Part shown: positions 1 through 9,298 of the stretch, piece after piece
Numbering within the stretch: position 1 is the first letter of the stretch
How the letters are laid out: every line of letters starts with the position of its first letter
Assembly (NCBI GenBank): GCA_959601025.1
Contig: CAUGOD010000002.1
Location: 6,173 to 70,172, forward strand
Length of the DNA: 64,000 nt
Origin: an uncultured Oscillospiraceae bacterium
GTDB taxonomy: Bacteria > Bacillota > Clostridia > Oscillospirales > Acutalibacteraceae
Direction: 5' to 3'
Translations under genes and position numbers: made by a program
Notes under the pieces: generated by a model
Seen by the model: only the letters and a program-made list of their open reading frames with translations
What the model was told of the DNA's origin: nothing
The model's database searches: none

Positions 1-812
1 TCCGGGGTTTCCATCGCTTTCGCGCCGTATTCCAGAATGGTCATGATCTGCAGCGTTTCCTCGGCGGGTACGCGTGGAACGCCGTCCCGGAAAAAGTCGG
101 TGAGAACATCCAGAAAATTTCGGTAAAAATCCGAATGGACGGTAACCTCGACCGGTCCCTTATCCGTGTAGTTGGCGCCGATGGAAAAGTCCCAGGTGAC
201 CGACTGGCTCATCACTGCGCTCCGTCCGTCCCGGAAACGAAGAACAAAGGAGGGAGCGGTGGGGGTGCCGACAAACTGTATCTTCTCAATGTGTGGCCCC
301 ATCAGGCAGACGATCGGCTCCAGCGAATGGATGCCGTAATTGCTGAATACACCGGGGGCGCGGCTGCACAGATGGCTGAGCCCTTCCTTTTCCAGCGCCA
401 TGTATTCCGTCGCGTACCGCAGGGCGGAGGTGGAAAAGAAGGGGGTGTGATGCCGGTTCGCGTGGTCGATGATCCGCTGGGCCGTAGCCCGCCCGACGGC
501 GAAGGTTTTATCCACATAGGTGGGCTTGCCGCTGGCGAGGGGCAGGGCGCAGAGCTCTTCGTGCATCTCTGGGTTGTCCGGGGACATGACAATCAGCCCG
601 TCGCATTCCTCGATCACGTCTTCCATCCGCTCCCGCAGAGGGAATCCGCCGGCCTCGCAGCACAGGCGGTTGGGCTTCCCATCCGGTTTGTCGATTTTAG
701 CCCAGGCGCAGGCGACCTGGATATCGCCGTGGGAGACCTCCTTGAGCCATTTGGGGTAATACTCTGCGTGGTATTGGTCCAGATAATAGTCAATCAGACC
801 GATTTTCATCAT
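1..812 (-). CDS. Gfo/Idh/MocA-like oxidoreductase, N-terminal part only (3' end beyond window start)
   Basis: Manual reverse-complement translation from the ATG (complement of 810-812, preceded by GGAGGAAAACGCC) reads MMKIGLIDYYLDQYHAEYYPKWLKEV... and stays open to position 1. Absent from the ORF track because it runs off the window. The 135..2270(+) track ORF is its antisense. Confidence 0.55.
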   Translation of the reverse strand, partial: MMKIGLIDYYLDQYHAEYYPKWLKEVSHGDIQVACAWAKIDKPDGKPNRLCCEAGGFPLRERMEDVIEECDGLIVMSPDNPEMHEELCALPLASGKPTYVDKTFAVGRATAQRIIDHANRHHTPFFSTSALRYATEYMALEKEGLSHLCSRAPGVFSNYGIHSLEPIVCLMGPHIEKIQFVGTPTAPSFVLRFRDGRSAVMSQSVTWDFSIGANYTDKGPVEVTVHSDFYRNFLDVLTDFFRDGVPRVPAEETLQIMTILEYGAKAMETP

Positions 813-836
813 GGCGTTTTCCTCCTTGTCCGGTCC

Positions 837-1910
837 TTACAGCCGGATTTCCTGGTGGGCTTCCGAAGAATCGTAGATCGCTTGCATGATCTGCGAGGAA
901 AGGATAGCGCAGTCGATATTCGCCGCCGTCTTTTCCCCGGTGCGGATGCAGTCGAGGAAGCTGCGGATTTCCGCCTCGTAATGATTCTCCATCGTGAAGG
1001 TATACTGCTCAGTGACAAGGGAACCGTTCTTCGCGGTGTACAGCTTAAAATCCTTGCCGTACTGCAGGCGGACGCCGGCCTTATCTCCCATGAAATCCAC
1101 GAACATTTCCTCTTCCCCGATATTCTGCGCCCACGCGCCGTTCAGGGTAATGACCGGCCCGGTTTCCCCGGCGGCCCGGCGGGTGCGGATCAGCGCGGTG
1201 ACCGAATCGTCCACGTCATAGGTGCCGTCCAGCTTGGGCGGGCCCGCCCACATGGAGGTGTAGGTATAGCCGGGAATATCCCGGCCCAGGCGGCAGAACG
1301 CTTCGCCGGTGACCGAAACGGGGGAAGGATCGCCGCAGCAGTACATGACCAGATCAAGGAAATGCACACCCCAGTCGATCAGCGCGCCGCCTCCCGCAAC
1401 CGCCTTGGTGGTGAAATCGCCGCCGAGGCCGGGGATGGAGCGGTGGGAGCGGAAGGATATGTAGACGTGGAACACATCGCCCAGCTCGCCGGCGTCGATC
1501 AGAGACTTGATCTTGTTTACCGCGGTGTTGAAGCGGTTGCAGACGCCGATATTGAGGACGCGGCCGGTTTCGTGCGCGGCCTTCTGCATTTCGAGGGCTT
1601 CGGGGCAGGTGCGCGCCGCGGGCTTTTCGCACAGCACGTCCTTGCCGGCGCGCAGGAAGTCGATTGCAATTTTGGCGTGCATGTGGTTTGGCGTGCAGAT
1701 GGAAACCGCGTCCACGTCCTCTTTGTCCAGCAGGGTGGTGTAGTCGGTGACCGCTTCGCCGCCAAAGGCCTCCGCCGCGGCCTTGGCCCGTTCGGGAAGG
1801 ATATCGCAGAAATAGGTGATCTGGGCGTCCGGCATCTTCTGATACGCGGGAATGTGGGCCGAGTTGGCAATGGTGCCGCAGCCAATGACGGCAATGCGTG
1901 TTTTTTCCAT
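837..1910 (-). CDS. Gfo/Idh/MocA family NAD(P)-dependent oxidoreductase
   Basis: 357-aa ORF: MEKTRIAVIGCGTIANSAHIP...CEKP motif region. Typical Rossmann N-terminus plus C-terminal alpha/beta domain of this family. Confidence 0.85.
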   Translation of the reverse strand: MEKTRIAVIGCGTIANSAHIPAYQKMPDAQITYFCDILPERAKAAAEAFGGEAVTDYTTLLDKEDVDAVSICTPNHMHAKIAIDFLRAGKDVLCEKPAARTCPEALEMQKAAHETGRVLNIGVCNRFNTAVNKIKSLIDAGELGDVFHVYISFRSHRSIPGLGGDFTTKAVAGGGALIDWGVHFLDLVMYCCGDPSPVSVTGEAFCRLGRDIPGYTYTSMWAGPPKLDGTYDVDDSVTALIRTRRAAGETGPVITLNGAWAQNIGEEEMFVDFMGDKAGVRLQYGKDFKLYTAKNGSLVTEQYTFTMENHYEAEIRSFLDCIRTGEKTAANIDCAILSSQIMQAIYDSSEAHQEIRL

Positions 1911-1941
1911 GGAGAGCGCTCCTTTCCGGTTTTGGGTGATG

Positions 1942-2814
1942 TTATCGTTCGATGCGGGCTTTCAGGAAGTCCGCGGCCAGCCGGATATCGGCCAGCGGAT
2001 TGGCGCCGACCTCCCGTTCGATGGTCAGGAAGCCGTGATAGCCGATTTCGTCCAGCGCGGCGAGATAGGCGTCAAAGTCCACCGAGCCCTGCCCGAGCGG
2101 GACCTCCTGGAAATATTCCTCCAGCCGCAGATCGCCGATCCCGCCGTCGGCGAAGAAGCCGTATACCTCGACCGGATCGGATTTTTTCAGCATCCGGCCG
2201 TCCTTCGCGTGGGTGTGGACGATGTACTTTTTCAGCCGGTGGACCGCGGCGACCGGGTCGTCGCCGGTGACCATCACCAGGTTGGCGGGGTCAAGGTTGA
2301 CCGCCACCCCGTCGGACGACAGGCTGTCCAGAAATCCGCCCAGACGTTCGGCGGGTTCGGGACCGGTTTCCACGGCGAAACGGACGCCGGCGCGGCAGGC
2401 GTACTCCGCCAGCTGGTTGCAGGCCTCCTGCATGATCTGGTACCGTTCGGCGTTCGGATCCGCCGGAATCACCCCGATGTGGGTGGTGACCACTGGCGCG
2501 CCGAGCTGTACGGCTAGGTCCACAATTCGTTTGGAGCGTTCGATTTTCGCCGGGTTTTCCTCCCGCCGCTCAAACCCGTGACCGCCAAGGTCGCCGCACA
2601 GAGCGGAAACCACCAGGCCGTTTTCCTCAAGGATACGGCGTTTCTCCGCGATGGCGGCGGGAGTCATGTTTTCCGGGGCCATTTCCCCCTCCACGGCATA
2701 CATCTGCACACCGTCGGCCCCCAGCTTCGCGCAGGCTGTCATGCTTTCCGCAAACGGAAGGCGCAGGCAGTCGGCAATCACGCCGATCTTCCATTTTTTC
2801 ATAAAAATCCCCAT
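1942..2814 (-). CDS. sugar phosphate isomerase/epimerase (xylose-isomerase-like TIM barrel)
   Basis: 290-aa ORF with the family pattern ...HTHAKDG...GFLTIE.... Start is ambiguous between the ATG at 2814 and 2802 (MKKWKIGVI); AAGGA RBS upstream. Confidence 0.8.
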   Translation of the reverse strand: MGIFMKKWKIGVIADCLRLPFAESMTACAKLGADGVQMYAVEGEMAPENMTPAAIAEKRRILEENGLVVSALCGDLGGHGFERREENPAKIERSKRIVDLAVQLGAPVVTTHIGVIPADPNAERYQIMQEACNQLAEYACRAGVRFAVETGPEPAERLGGFLDSLSSDGVAVNLDPANLVMVTGDDPVAAVHRLKKYIVHTHAKDGRMLKKSDPVEVYGFFADGGIGDLRLEEYFQEVPLGQGSVDFDAYLAALDEIGYHGFLTIEREVGANPLADIRLAADFLKARIER

Positions 2815-3064
2815 TCCTTATTCCTTGTTGAATTTGAGACGGTTTCGGCCAAGGGTCGAAATTGTCGCGGCGCTTTTTGCGGCAAAGGATCAAATTCCGG
2901 CGTGAAAAGGCTGAAAAATCGTATTTTTCAAACGAAAGCCTCCTCTCTTTATAAAGAACCTTGTTTAAGCTCATTATAAAAGAGAGGAGGCGATTCGGCT
3001 TTATCCGTTTTTTTAATGCTGTTTTGCAGAAGATGAGAAAATTCGATCGGCGGCGGAGCCGAGG

Positions 3065-3940
3065 CTATCGCCTGTTTTTTTCGCTTTGGCGGGCGGAGAG
3101 GTACCGGCTGGGAGAAACGCCGTAATAGCGGGAAAAGGCGCGGGAAAAGGTATGGATGGACTGGTATCCCAGCTGCTCGGCGGTTTCGGTCACGCTGACG
3201 CCGTTTTCCAGCAGGGAAACCGCCCGGCCGAACAGCCGCATCTGGAAATACTCCGAGATCGACATTCCCATCCGCCTGGAAAACAGCTGGGACAGATAGG
3301 CGTAGCTGTAGCCGAAGTCGTCGCCGATCCGGGACAGATGCTCCAGCCGCAGACCGGGAGAATCCAAGCGGCGGATGATCGCATACAGGGTATCCTCCGC
3401 CGAGCGGGGCGGGATGACGGGAGAATACCGCCGGTCTTCCTCCCGCCCCAGGAAACGCCGGTAGGATTTTACCACGAGCTCGGTCAGATAGGCGGCGATC
3501 ATGGGCAAACGGTATCCCGAATCCTGTTCCAGCTCGCTGAAGATGGAGAAAAAGAGGGCGGCGAGCTCGCCGCAGTCGGCGGTTATCCGTGTAGTGGCCG
3601 CGTCGAAAGCCTGCCGTACGGCGGTATACGATTGGTCCAGAAAGTCGAAGCCCACATACAGGTATCGTACGGGGTCGGCGTCGTCCGATTCGATGAAGTG
3701 GATATCCCCCGGACGGTTGAGTACGAGGTCGCCCGCCTGGACGGAAATCTCCGTTCCGCTGATACGGAACACCGAGTCTCCCGACAGAATCAGGGAAAGT
3801 TCATAGCAGTCCTGCTCGTGCTCCTCCACCGTGTGCCGGAGGCCACAGGAAAGATCCCCGATCTGGTGGAGAGAAAAGCTGCCGCAGAGCAGGGGGGAGG
3901 CGCAGAACTGGTTATCGTAATGAAAGCGCGCCTGTTCCAT
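3065..3940 (-). CDS. AraC family transcriptional regulator
   Basis: Cupin-like N-terminus plus C-terminal HTH (…YAYLSQLFSRRMGMSISEYFQMRLFGRAVSLL…GYQSIHTFSRAFSRYYGVSPSRY). Start MEQARFHY with AAGGAGG RBS 9 nt upstream. Confidence 0.8.
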   Translation of the reverse strand: MEQARFHYDNQFCASPLLCGSFSLHQIGDLSCGLRHTVEEHEQDCYELSLILSGDSVFRISGTEISVQAGDLVLNRPGDIHFIESDDADPVRYLYVGFDFLDQSYTAVRQAFDAATTRITADCGELAALFFSIFSELEQDSGYRLPMIAAYLTELVVKSYRRFLGREEDRRYSPVIPPRSAEDTLYAIIRRLDSPGLRLEHLSRIGDDFGYSYAYLSQLFSRRMGMSISEYFQMRLFGRAVSLLENGVSVTETAEQLGYQSIHTFSRAFSRYYGVSPSRYLSARQSEKNRR

Positions 3941-4033
3941 TGGTGCATCGCCTCCTTGGCGTCCGGCGGGGCGAAAAGGGACGCCCACGCGGATCCTGTA
4001 CCGGGCCGGCGCTTCCCGGCGGCCATTCTTCCG

Positions 4034-7000
4034 TTATTCCTTCTGTCCTTTCGACGGCTTGTTTACATGGACGATGATCGGCTGGGTGTAGCGGCGGTAA
4101 GGGCCGTAGGGAGAGCTGTTTTTATCGCACCGAAGGGCAGTAGACTGCTCGTACCACAGGAGGATGGCGCCATCGCCCGGCTCTTCCGCATACAGGCAAT
4201 TCCCCTCCGCACGGAGCCCGCCGCTCAGCACGGTGATCTGCGGGGAGACGAGGACGTCCGCCTGCGAGTAGGTGGTCATTACCGCCCGCAGCGGGCGGCT
4301 TTCCCCGACGCGGAGGTGAAGCTCCCCGCCGCCGGACCGGTCAAAGGACAGTTCCTTCATCCAGCCGCAGAAGGTGTGAACCTGATTGGTAAACAGCCCC
4401 GTCACGCCGGACAGGAAATACTCCCGGAAATCCATCCCGTTGTCAATGTAATACGTCCAGGAGGAAATGCCCCGGCACCACAGGTTATAAATAATATGGG
4501 AGAGGTTGGCGGAATGGTCATAGCGGGGGCTGAACTGGGTGGTGTGCAGCTGCAGGTTGGTCAGGATTTCGGAGAGGGAGAGGCGGCAGTCATGCCCGTA
4601 CAGACCGCGGGTAAAAACCGAGGCGCGGGGAATTTTCCGCCGGATGTGCTGTATCTGCGCGGTGCCGCCCACCACGTAGGAAACCCGATCCTCCATCCCG
4701 GCCTCTCGCGTCAGCTTTTCCAGCTGGTCGATGATCCGCTCCTCATCCTCGTAAACCACCAGAAACAGACGAAGGGACCGCGGGGCGAAAAAGCGGTAGA
4801 AGTCCTCCAGCAGGGCGGGATGGGTATCCAGGCATTCCAAATGCGGATTTTGATTATACCGGATTTTCCGAAGCTCCTCCCATGTATAATCCTCCACATT
4901 TCCCAATTTGTCAAGGGAGTGCCGTTCGATTTCCCGTTCCGGAAAGGCGATCAGCCGCCGATCCTTGGTAAAGAAAATATCCAGAATCGCAAATTCCGCG
5001 CCGCTGTCCTCGTACGCCGCGGCGGCCGCCTCCAGAGAATCCCAGGGATAGACCTGTTCATAGCCGTAGGAGATGACCCGCGGTGTGTGGAGCATTGTGC
5101 GGCCCCCATATTTTTCCACCGCCCCGGCCAGGCGTTCCGGATGATCCACCAGCAGTCCGGACGCGCCGCTGGTCAGCATACGGTGGTACCGGATATCCAG
5201 ATTCTCTTCCCCATGGAACTGCTGAAGCCAGACGGTGGTCTGCCGCAGCTGCAGCGCGGAGACGATGGAGCGGGGAGTATCCTCCGGCAGCATCAGGATG
5301 CGGATGTGGTTTTCGTTGCACAGCGCGTGCAGCTCGTCCGGAGAGGGAAGCTCATCCGTGAATTCCAGAATACCCCGCAGGCTGTAATACTGCTTATGGA
5401 CATGCCGGAGCAGGTCGGGCTTGGTGGACATCACGAAAACATCCTGAAAATTTTTCTCGTTCAGGTATCCCATCAGGGCGTCCACGGTTTCCTTATCCGA
5501 AACCGTGAATACCGGAAGAAGCTTCTGATAAATCTTTACAAACAGGCTGGAAAGCGTACCGAGAGGGGTTCCGGTCACACTGTACACGGTCAGGTTTTCA
5601 TGGAGCGCCAGCTGAACGCCTGTGGGATGCGAATCCCCCTGACAGAGACGGTTCAGCTCACTCTGGCTGCGGGGCCGGGCAATCACCGCCGGCGGCAGGA
5701 GGAAGGGGGACTCCGGCGGGGCGAATTCCAGCAGGTCGTTTTTGGAGGAGGACTCCGTCAGCATGGAGATGTCGGTATCGGTGAATTCCACATCGTCCAG
5801 AAACAGTCGCCCGATGGACGGCTTTTCCGTGTTGTTGATGCTGCGGAAAAAGAAATGCAGCCCCACGCCGGTGGTCAGCGATATCGTGTGGGTCTCGTCC
5901 TTGGGCACGAATTCGTCGAGCGGCAGACAGATGACCGCGCCGATGTTGCCGATGTCCACCGTTTTGGTGAACGTCTGCCACTGACTGTCCGTCAGGACAA
6001 TCTCTACTGTGACAAGGCTGGTGGCCTTCGCCCAGAAGGAAAGGTATTTCATCCCCTGGATGGAAAAATCCGGCCGGCGGCGCGCATAGCAGTCCACCCG
6101 CCAGTAGGAGGTAACGTTGAATTCCATTGCCAGAGAACGGGTGCCGCTGTGCCGGGGATAGGGTACCAGCTCAATGGTTTGCATGGAGCCATACACCCGG
6201 TCGGCCTCCCATTCCAGGCTGTCCCCCTCGAAATTGTCGAACACCCGGCGGAGAGGCTTTTGCCGGGTGACCTGCCGATCCTTCTGCTGGAAGCTGCCGG
6301 GGGAACGGCCGATCTGCCGGGTAAAGGCGCGGGAGAAGGAATGCACCGCCGCGTAGCCCAGCATATTGGAGACCTCGGTGATGCTCATATCGTCCTTGAG
6401 CAGCTCGATGGCCTTTTCAAACCGTTTGGTCAGGAAATAATCCCGCAGGGAGGTTCCGGTCGCTTCGGAAAAGGTGTGGGACAGGTAGGAATAGTTGTAG
6501 CCAAGCGCCTCGCTGATTTTGGAGACGTTCTTGAGATACAGGATGTTGGCGTCGATGTAGCGGATCACCTCGTCCACAACGCTTTCCCGGCCGCCGGCGG
6601 CGTGCGGCGCGGGCGCGGCTTCCCCCGCCCGGACGCAGCTGCGGTAAAAATAGATGAGAAGCAGCCGGAGCAGGAGCTCCAGCATGGACTCGTGAAACAC
6701 GTCCCCTGCGCGCAGTTCACCCGTCAGCGCGTTCCAGGCGCTGTAGGTATCGGCGCCGGTTTCCACGGGGGAGAGAAGGTAAAGGGGCAGGTTTTCCCGG
6801 ATAATCGCATCGTCCCCGATGGGGCGTCCGGATTCCTGGAAGGCGAACCGCACCTGAGAAAAGGACAGTCCGTTTTCAGCGTTCGGAACCAGCTCCACTC
6901 CGCTGTCTGAGAGGGCGAGAAAGGAGACGCCGCTTTTCAGCGGCTTCCGCTCGCCGGGAGCCCGCAGCTCCCCGCCGCCGGTGGCCACATAGAAAAGATC

Positions 7001-7147
7001 GTAGCTCTGCACCCGGTCGGCGGGAGGACGGTACGGTTTCCGGAGACGGCCGCTCCAAAGGCTGTGCAGGTGGAAAGCGGCGCCGACAGCCATGGGAGGG
7101 TGGAATTCTTTGGAAAAGATGAACGGATTTCTGTCTTTGGCAGGCAA
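4034..7147 (-). CDS. AraC-type regulator fused to a CBM-like beta-sandwich and a degenerate GDPD-like domain (1037 aa)
   Basis: Residues ~1-290 form an AraC cupin plus HTH (…YSYLSHTFSEATGTSLRDYFLTKRFEKAIELL…GYAAVHSFSRAFTRQIGRSPGSF). Then FDNFEGDSLEWEAD…YLSFWAKATSLVTVEIVL…FLDDVEFTD matches the module found in the secreted proteins at 9299 and 25385. The C-terminal region carries GDPD-like signatures (VISYGYEQVYPWDSLEAAAAAYEDSGAEFAILDIFFTKDRRLIAFPE … GVTGLFTNQ) with catalytic His/Asp positions substituted. TTG start with AAAAAGGAGGGG RBS. Confidence 0.75.
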   Translation of the reverse strand: MPAKDRNPFIFSKEFHPPMAVGAAFHLHSLWSGRLRKPYRPPADRVQSYDLFYVATGGGELRAPGERKPLKSGVSFLALSDSGVELVPNAENGLSFSQVRFAFQESGRPIGDDAIIRENLPLYLLSPVETGADTYSAWNALTGELRAGDVFHESMLELLLRLLLIYFYRSCVRAGEAAPAPHAAGGRESVVDEVIRYIDANILYLKNVSKISEALGYNYSYLSHTFSEATGTSLRDYFLTKRFEKAIELLKDDMSITEVSNMLGYAAVHSFSRAFTRQIGRSPGSFQQKDRQVTRQKPLRRVFDNFEGDSLEWEADRVYGSMQTIELVPYPRHSGTRSLAMEFNVTSYWRVDCYARRRPDFSIQGMKYLSFWAKATSLVTVEIVLTDSQWQTFTKTVDIGNIGAVICLPLDEFVPKDETHTISLTTGVGLHFFFRSINNTEKPSIGRLFLDDVEFTDTDISMLTESSSKNDLLEFAPPESPFLLPPAVIARPRSQSELNRLCQGDSHPTGVQLALHENLTVYSVTGTPLGTLSSLFVKIYQKLLPVFTVSDKETVDALMGYLNEKNFQDVFVMSTKPDLLRHVHKQYYSLRGILEFTDELPSPDELHALCNENHIRILMLPEDTPRSIVSALQLRQTTVWLQQFHGEENLDIRYHRMLTSGASGLLVDHPERLAGAVEKYGGRTMLHTPRVISYGYEQVYPWDSLEAAAAAYEDSGAEFAILDIFFTKDRRLIAFPEREIERHSLDKLGNVEDYTWEELRKIRYNQNPHLECLDTHPALLEDFYRFFAPRSLRLFLVVYEDEERIIDQLEKLTREAGMEDRVSYVVGGTAQIQHIRRKIPRASVFTRGLYGHDCRLSLSEILTNLQLHTTQFSPRYDHSANLSHIIYNLWCRGISSWTYYIDNGMDFREYFLSGVTGLFTNQVHTFCGWMKELSFDRSGGGELHLRVGESRPLRAVMTTYSQADVLVSPQITVLSGGLRAEGNCLYAEEPGDGAILLWYEQSTALRCDKNSSPYGPYRRYTQPIIVHVNKPSKGQKE

Positions 7148-7254
7148 ATTCAGCCCCTCCTTTTTCGTGCTTTCAGCGGATTTCCACCTTCATGGCCGCC
7201 TTTGTGGCCGCCTTTGTGGCCTCGTCTTAGGCTGACGGCTCTTCGCGCGCCGGG

Positions 7255-9216
7255 TCAGGCCAGTCCCTTTAGCTGCAGAGTGACCACGCCGTTTGAGGTG
7301 ATCTGGACGGTCAGGGCGCCGCTTGCTTCCTCCCAGGCGGTCTTGGCAACGGCGCTGTTGTTGCCCGCGACGGTGAGCTCCGGCCGGGCGGACAACCCTT
7401 CCAGCGTGATGGTGGTTGTGCGCAGGTCCTCCGGGCTGGTATCCCGGTTCCCTTCCAGATAATCGTCGATGAACATATCCCAGCGAATCTTTTTGTTCAG
7501 GAAATCCCGCGCGTCGTACCGGTAGTTGTAAAGCTCGATCTTCAGGGCGCCGCCGTCCTCATACAGCAGGGAATAGCTGTGTTCCGGCAGGTCGATCGCC
7601 ATTGTTTTCTGATTTTTCAGGGCAAAACGGGCGCTTTCATGCGCGTTGATGGTGGTGTTTTCATGGTTATTGAAGATAAGAGAGTAGTTTTCCATCGCAT
7701 ACATGGTCGCCGTGCCGGTGTAGGTTTCGGCGTATTTGCTGTTGAAGTACGCCTGCTTGGAGGCCGCATCGCTTCCCAGTAGGCTCTGGTAATTGCCGCT
7801 GTTCACGATGGCGGCGTCCGGCAGGACGGCGGAGGCGCTGACCTGCCGGAGCAGGGAGGGGACGATATAATACCGGCCGGTGGTGGGCAGCCATTTCTTG
7901 CTCACCCGCAGCTGGCGGTAGGTATTCATGTAGTCGAGGGTGGGACCGTACAGGTCGATCAGGAGGGGGGACTCATAGCCCGCGGTATCCTCGGCGTCAA
8001 TATCGCTGTACTGGTACGCCACCTTCACCTTGGATTTGACCTCGTCCCTGGTGGGGATCAGCCCGCCGGACACGATCTTCTGGTAAATGGGATACAGGAC
8101 GTTGTAGAAGGCCGGCGTCCACACGGTTTCGCCGTCCGCGTTGACGGCCGTCATGGTCAGGTCCTCAAAGGAATACACCGTCGCGCCCCCGACCGTGTCG
8201 TTCAGAGTGTCGATCCCCGCCATGGCGGCGGGATACTGCTTGATCAGGTCTTCCGACTCGCTGCGGAAGGTGCCGCCCATGTCGTCGTACTGACCGAAGC
8301 CCTCTTCCCACCAGAGCCAGCTTTCCACATTGGAGCCCCAGTTGCCGCACACGCCGGAGAGCCAGCAGCCCATCGCCGCGCTCTGGACGGCGAAATGGCG
8401 GCCCTGTCCGTTGTGCTTATCCACCAGGACGACGTTGTGGGCATAGGAGGACATCAGGCTGTACAGCTCCTCGTCCTCCAGAAAGCGAGCGAATACGTTG
8501 GTATTCTGGACGTATTCCATGTCGAGCCAGATGAAAAGCGCGTTGTTTTCCTTGCAGGCCCGCAGCGTGTTTTTGATGCGCTTGCTTTCCTCTTCCTCCG
8601 AATACATACAGCTCAGCTCGGTGTGGGCGTATCCCTTGAGGGAGGCGTGACGCTTCAGCAGGCCGGAGAGCTGCTCCTGCGTGAACATTTCCCGCTCGGA
8701 ATAGCTGTTCCAGTGCTCGACTTGCAGGACGACGGGAATATTCTGCGCATCGGCGACCGTTAATAGGTCATCGAAGTATTGTACCACGGTATCGTTGTCC
8801 TTAGTCGCGTCGTAGGAGGTCAGAATGGCGGAATACGCCCGGACGTCCTCCGGAAGCATCTTCCAGAGCTTGACGACCCCCTCCGCTTTTTCGGGAGTGG
8901 AGCTGCGAAAAAGAAAAAGGGGATTTTCCGTGTTGACCACCAGGCGGGTATTGCTGTCGGTCGCCCGGACCCCGGCGGACACGGGGGAAACGGCCGTCAT
9001 ATCCAGGGGGGCAACCGTTATGCCGTCGCCGTCGATCGAGGCGGGCGGAACGCCCTCCGACGCGGAGGAGGGGGGCGTGGAGGAGGGGGTGGAAGCGACG
9101 CTGCCGTCGGATCCTGCGGAGGAAGCATCCTCCGGAGAAGGGACGCAGCCGCTGAGCAGGGAGAGGGACAGCGCGCCTGCCAGCAGGAGGGATCGTATAG
9201 TACGCGGCGTTTTCAT
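7255..9216 (-). CDS. lipoprotein, putative TIM-barrel glycoside-hydrolase-like protein (family not assignable by eye); paralog of 23413..25038
   Basis: Start MKTPRTIRSLLLAGALSLSLLSGC (lipobox LSGC) with RBS AAAGGTG. Shares motifs with the 23413 protein (MGCWLSGVCGNWGSNVESWLWWEEGFG vs MGYWLTGLSPAWGINVEDFWWYEQGY; FIWLDMEYV vs YLLWEDMGY). The track ORF extends 69 codons upstream without a stop (high GC). Confidence 0.65.
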   Translation of the reverse strand: MKTPRTIRSLLLAGALSLSLLSGCVPSPEDASSAGSDGSVASTPSSTPPSSASEGVPPASIDGDGITVAPLDMTAVSPVSAGVRATDSNTRLVVNTENPLFLFRSSTPEKAEGVVKLWKMLPEDVRAYSAILTSYDATKDNDTVVQYFDDLLTVADAQNIPVVLQVEHWNSYSEREMFTQEQLSGLLKRHASLKGYAHTELSCMYSEEEESKRIKNTLRACKENNALFIWLDMEYVQNTNVFARFLEDEELYSLMSSYAHNVVLVDKHNGQGRHFAVQSAAMGCWLSGVCGNWGSNVESWLWWEEGFGQYDDMGGTFRSESEDLIKQYPAAMAGIDTLNDTVGGATVYSFEDLTMTAVNADGETVWTPAFYNVLYPIYQKIVSGGLIPTRDEVKSKVKVAYQYSDIDAEDTAGYESPLLIDLYGPTLDYMNTYRQLRVSKKWLPTTGRYYIVPSLLRQVSASAVLPDAAIVNSGNYQSLLGSDAASKQAYFNSKYAETYTGTATMYAMENYSLIFNNHENTTINAHESARFALKNQKTMAIDLPEHSYSLLYEDGGALKIELYNYRYDARDFLNKKIRWDMFIDDYLEGNRDTSPEDLRTTTITLEGLSARPELTVAGNNSAVAKTAWEEASGALTVQITSNGVVTLQLKGLA

Positions 9217-9298
9217 CCGCTTTTCACACCTTTCTTGTGAAGCGGCCGGCCGCAGGCATACGGATACGCGCGGCCGGCCGGATGAGGGCTTATGGTAT

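Noticed and set aside
135-2270. 711-aa (+) ORF at the left end
   Set aside because: Antisense to three recognisable minus-strand genes: oxidoreductase, oxidoreductase, isomerase.
3086-6910. 1274-aa (+) ORF, the longest in the track
   Set aside because: Low-complexity Gly/Arg/Ala/Pro-rich translation with no domain resemblance. It is exactly antisense to two well-supported AraC genes. High GC depletes stop codons on the opposite strand.
7188-7225. Tandem GGCCGCCTTTGT x2 just downstream of the cluster A lipoprotein gene
   Set aside because: Only two short copies inside the RBS/leader region of the AraC fusion gene. Too small to interpret.
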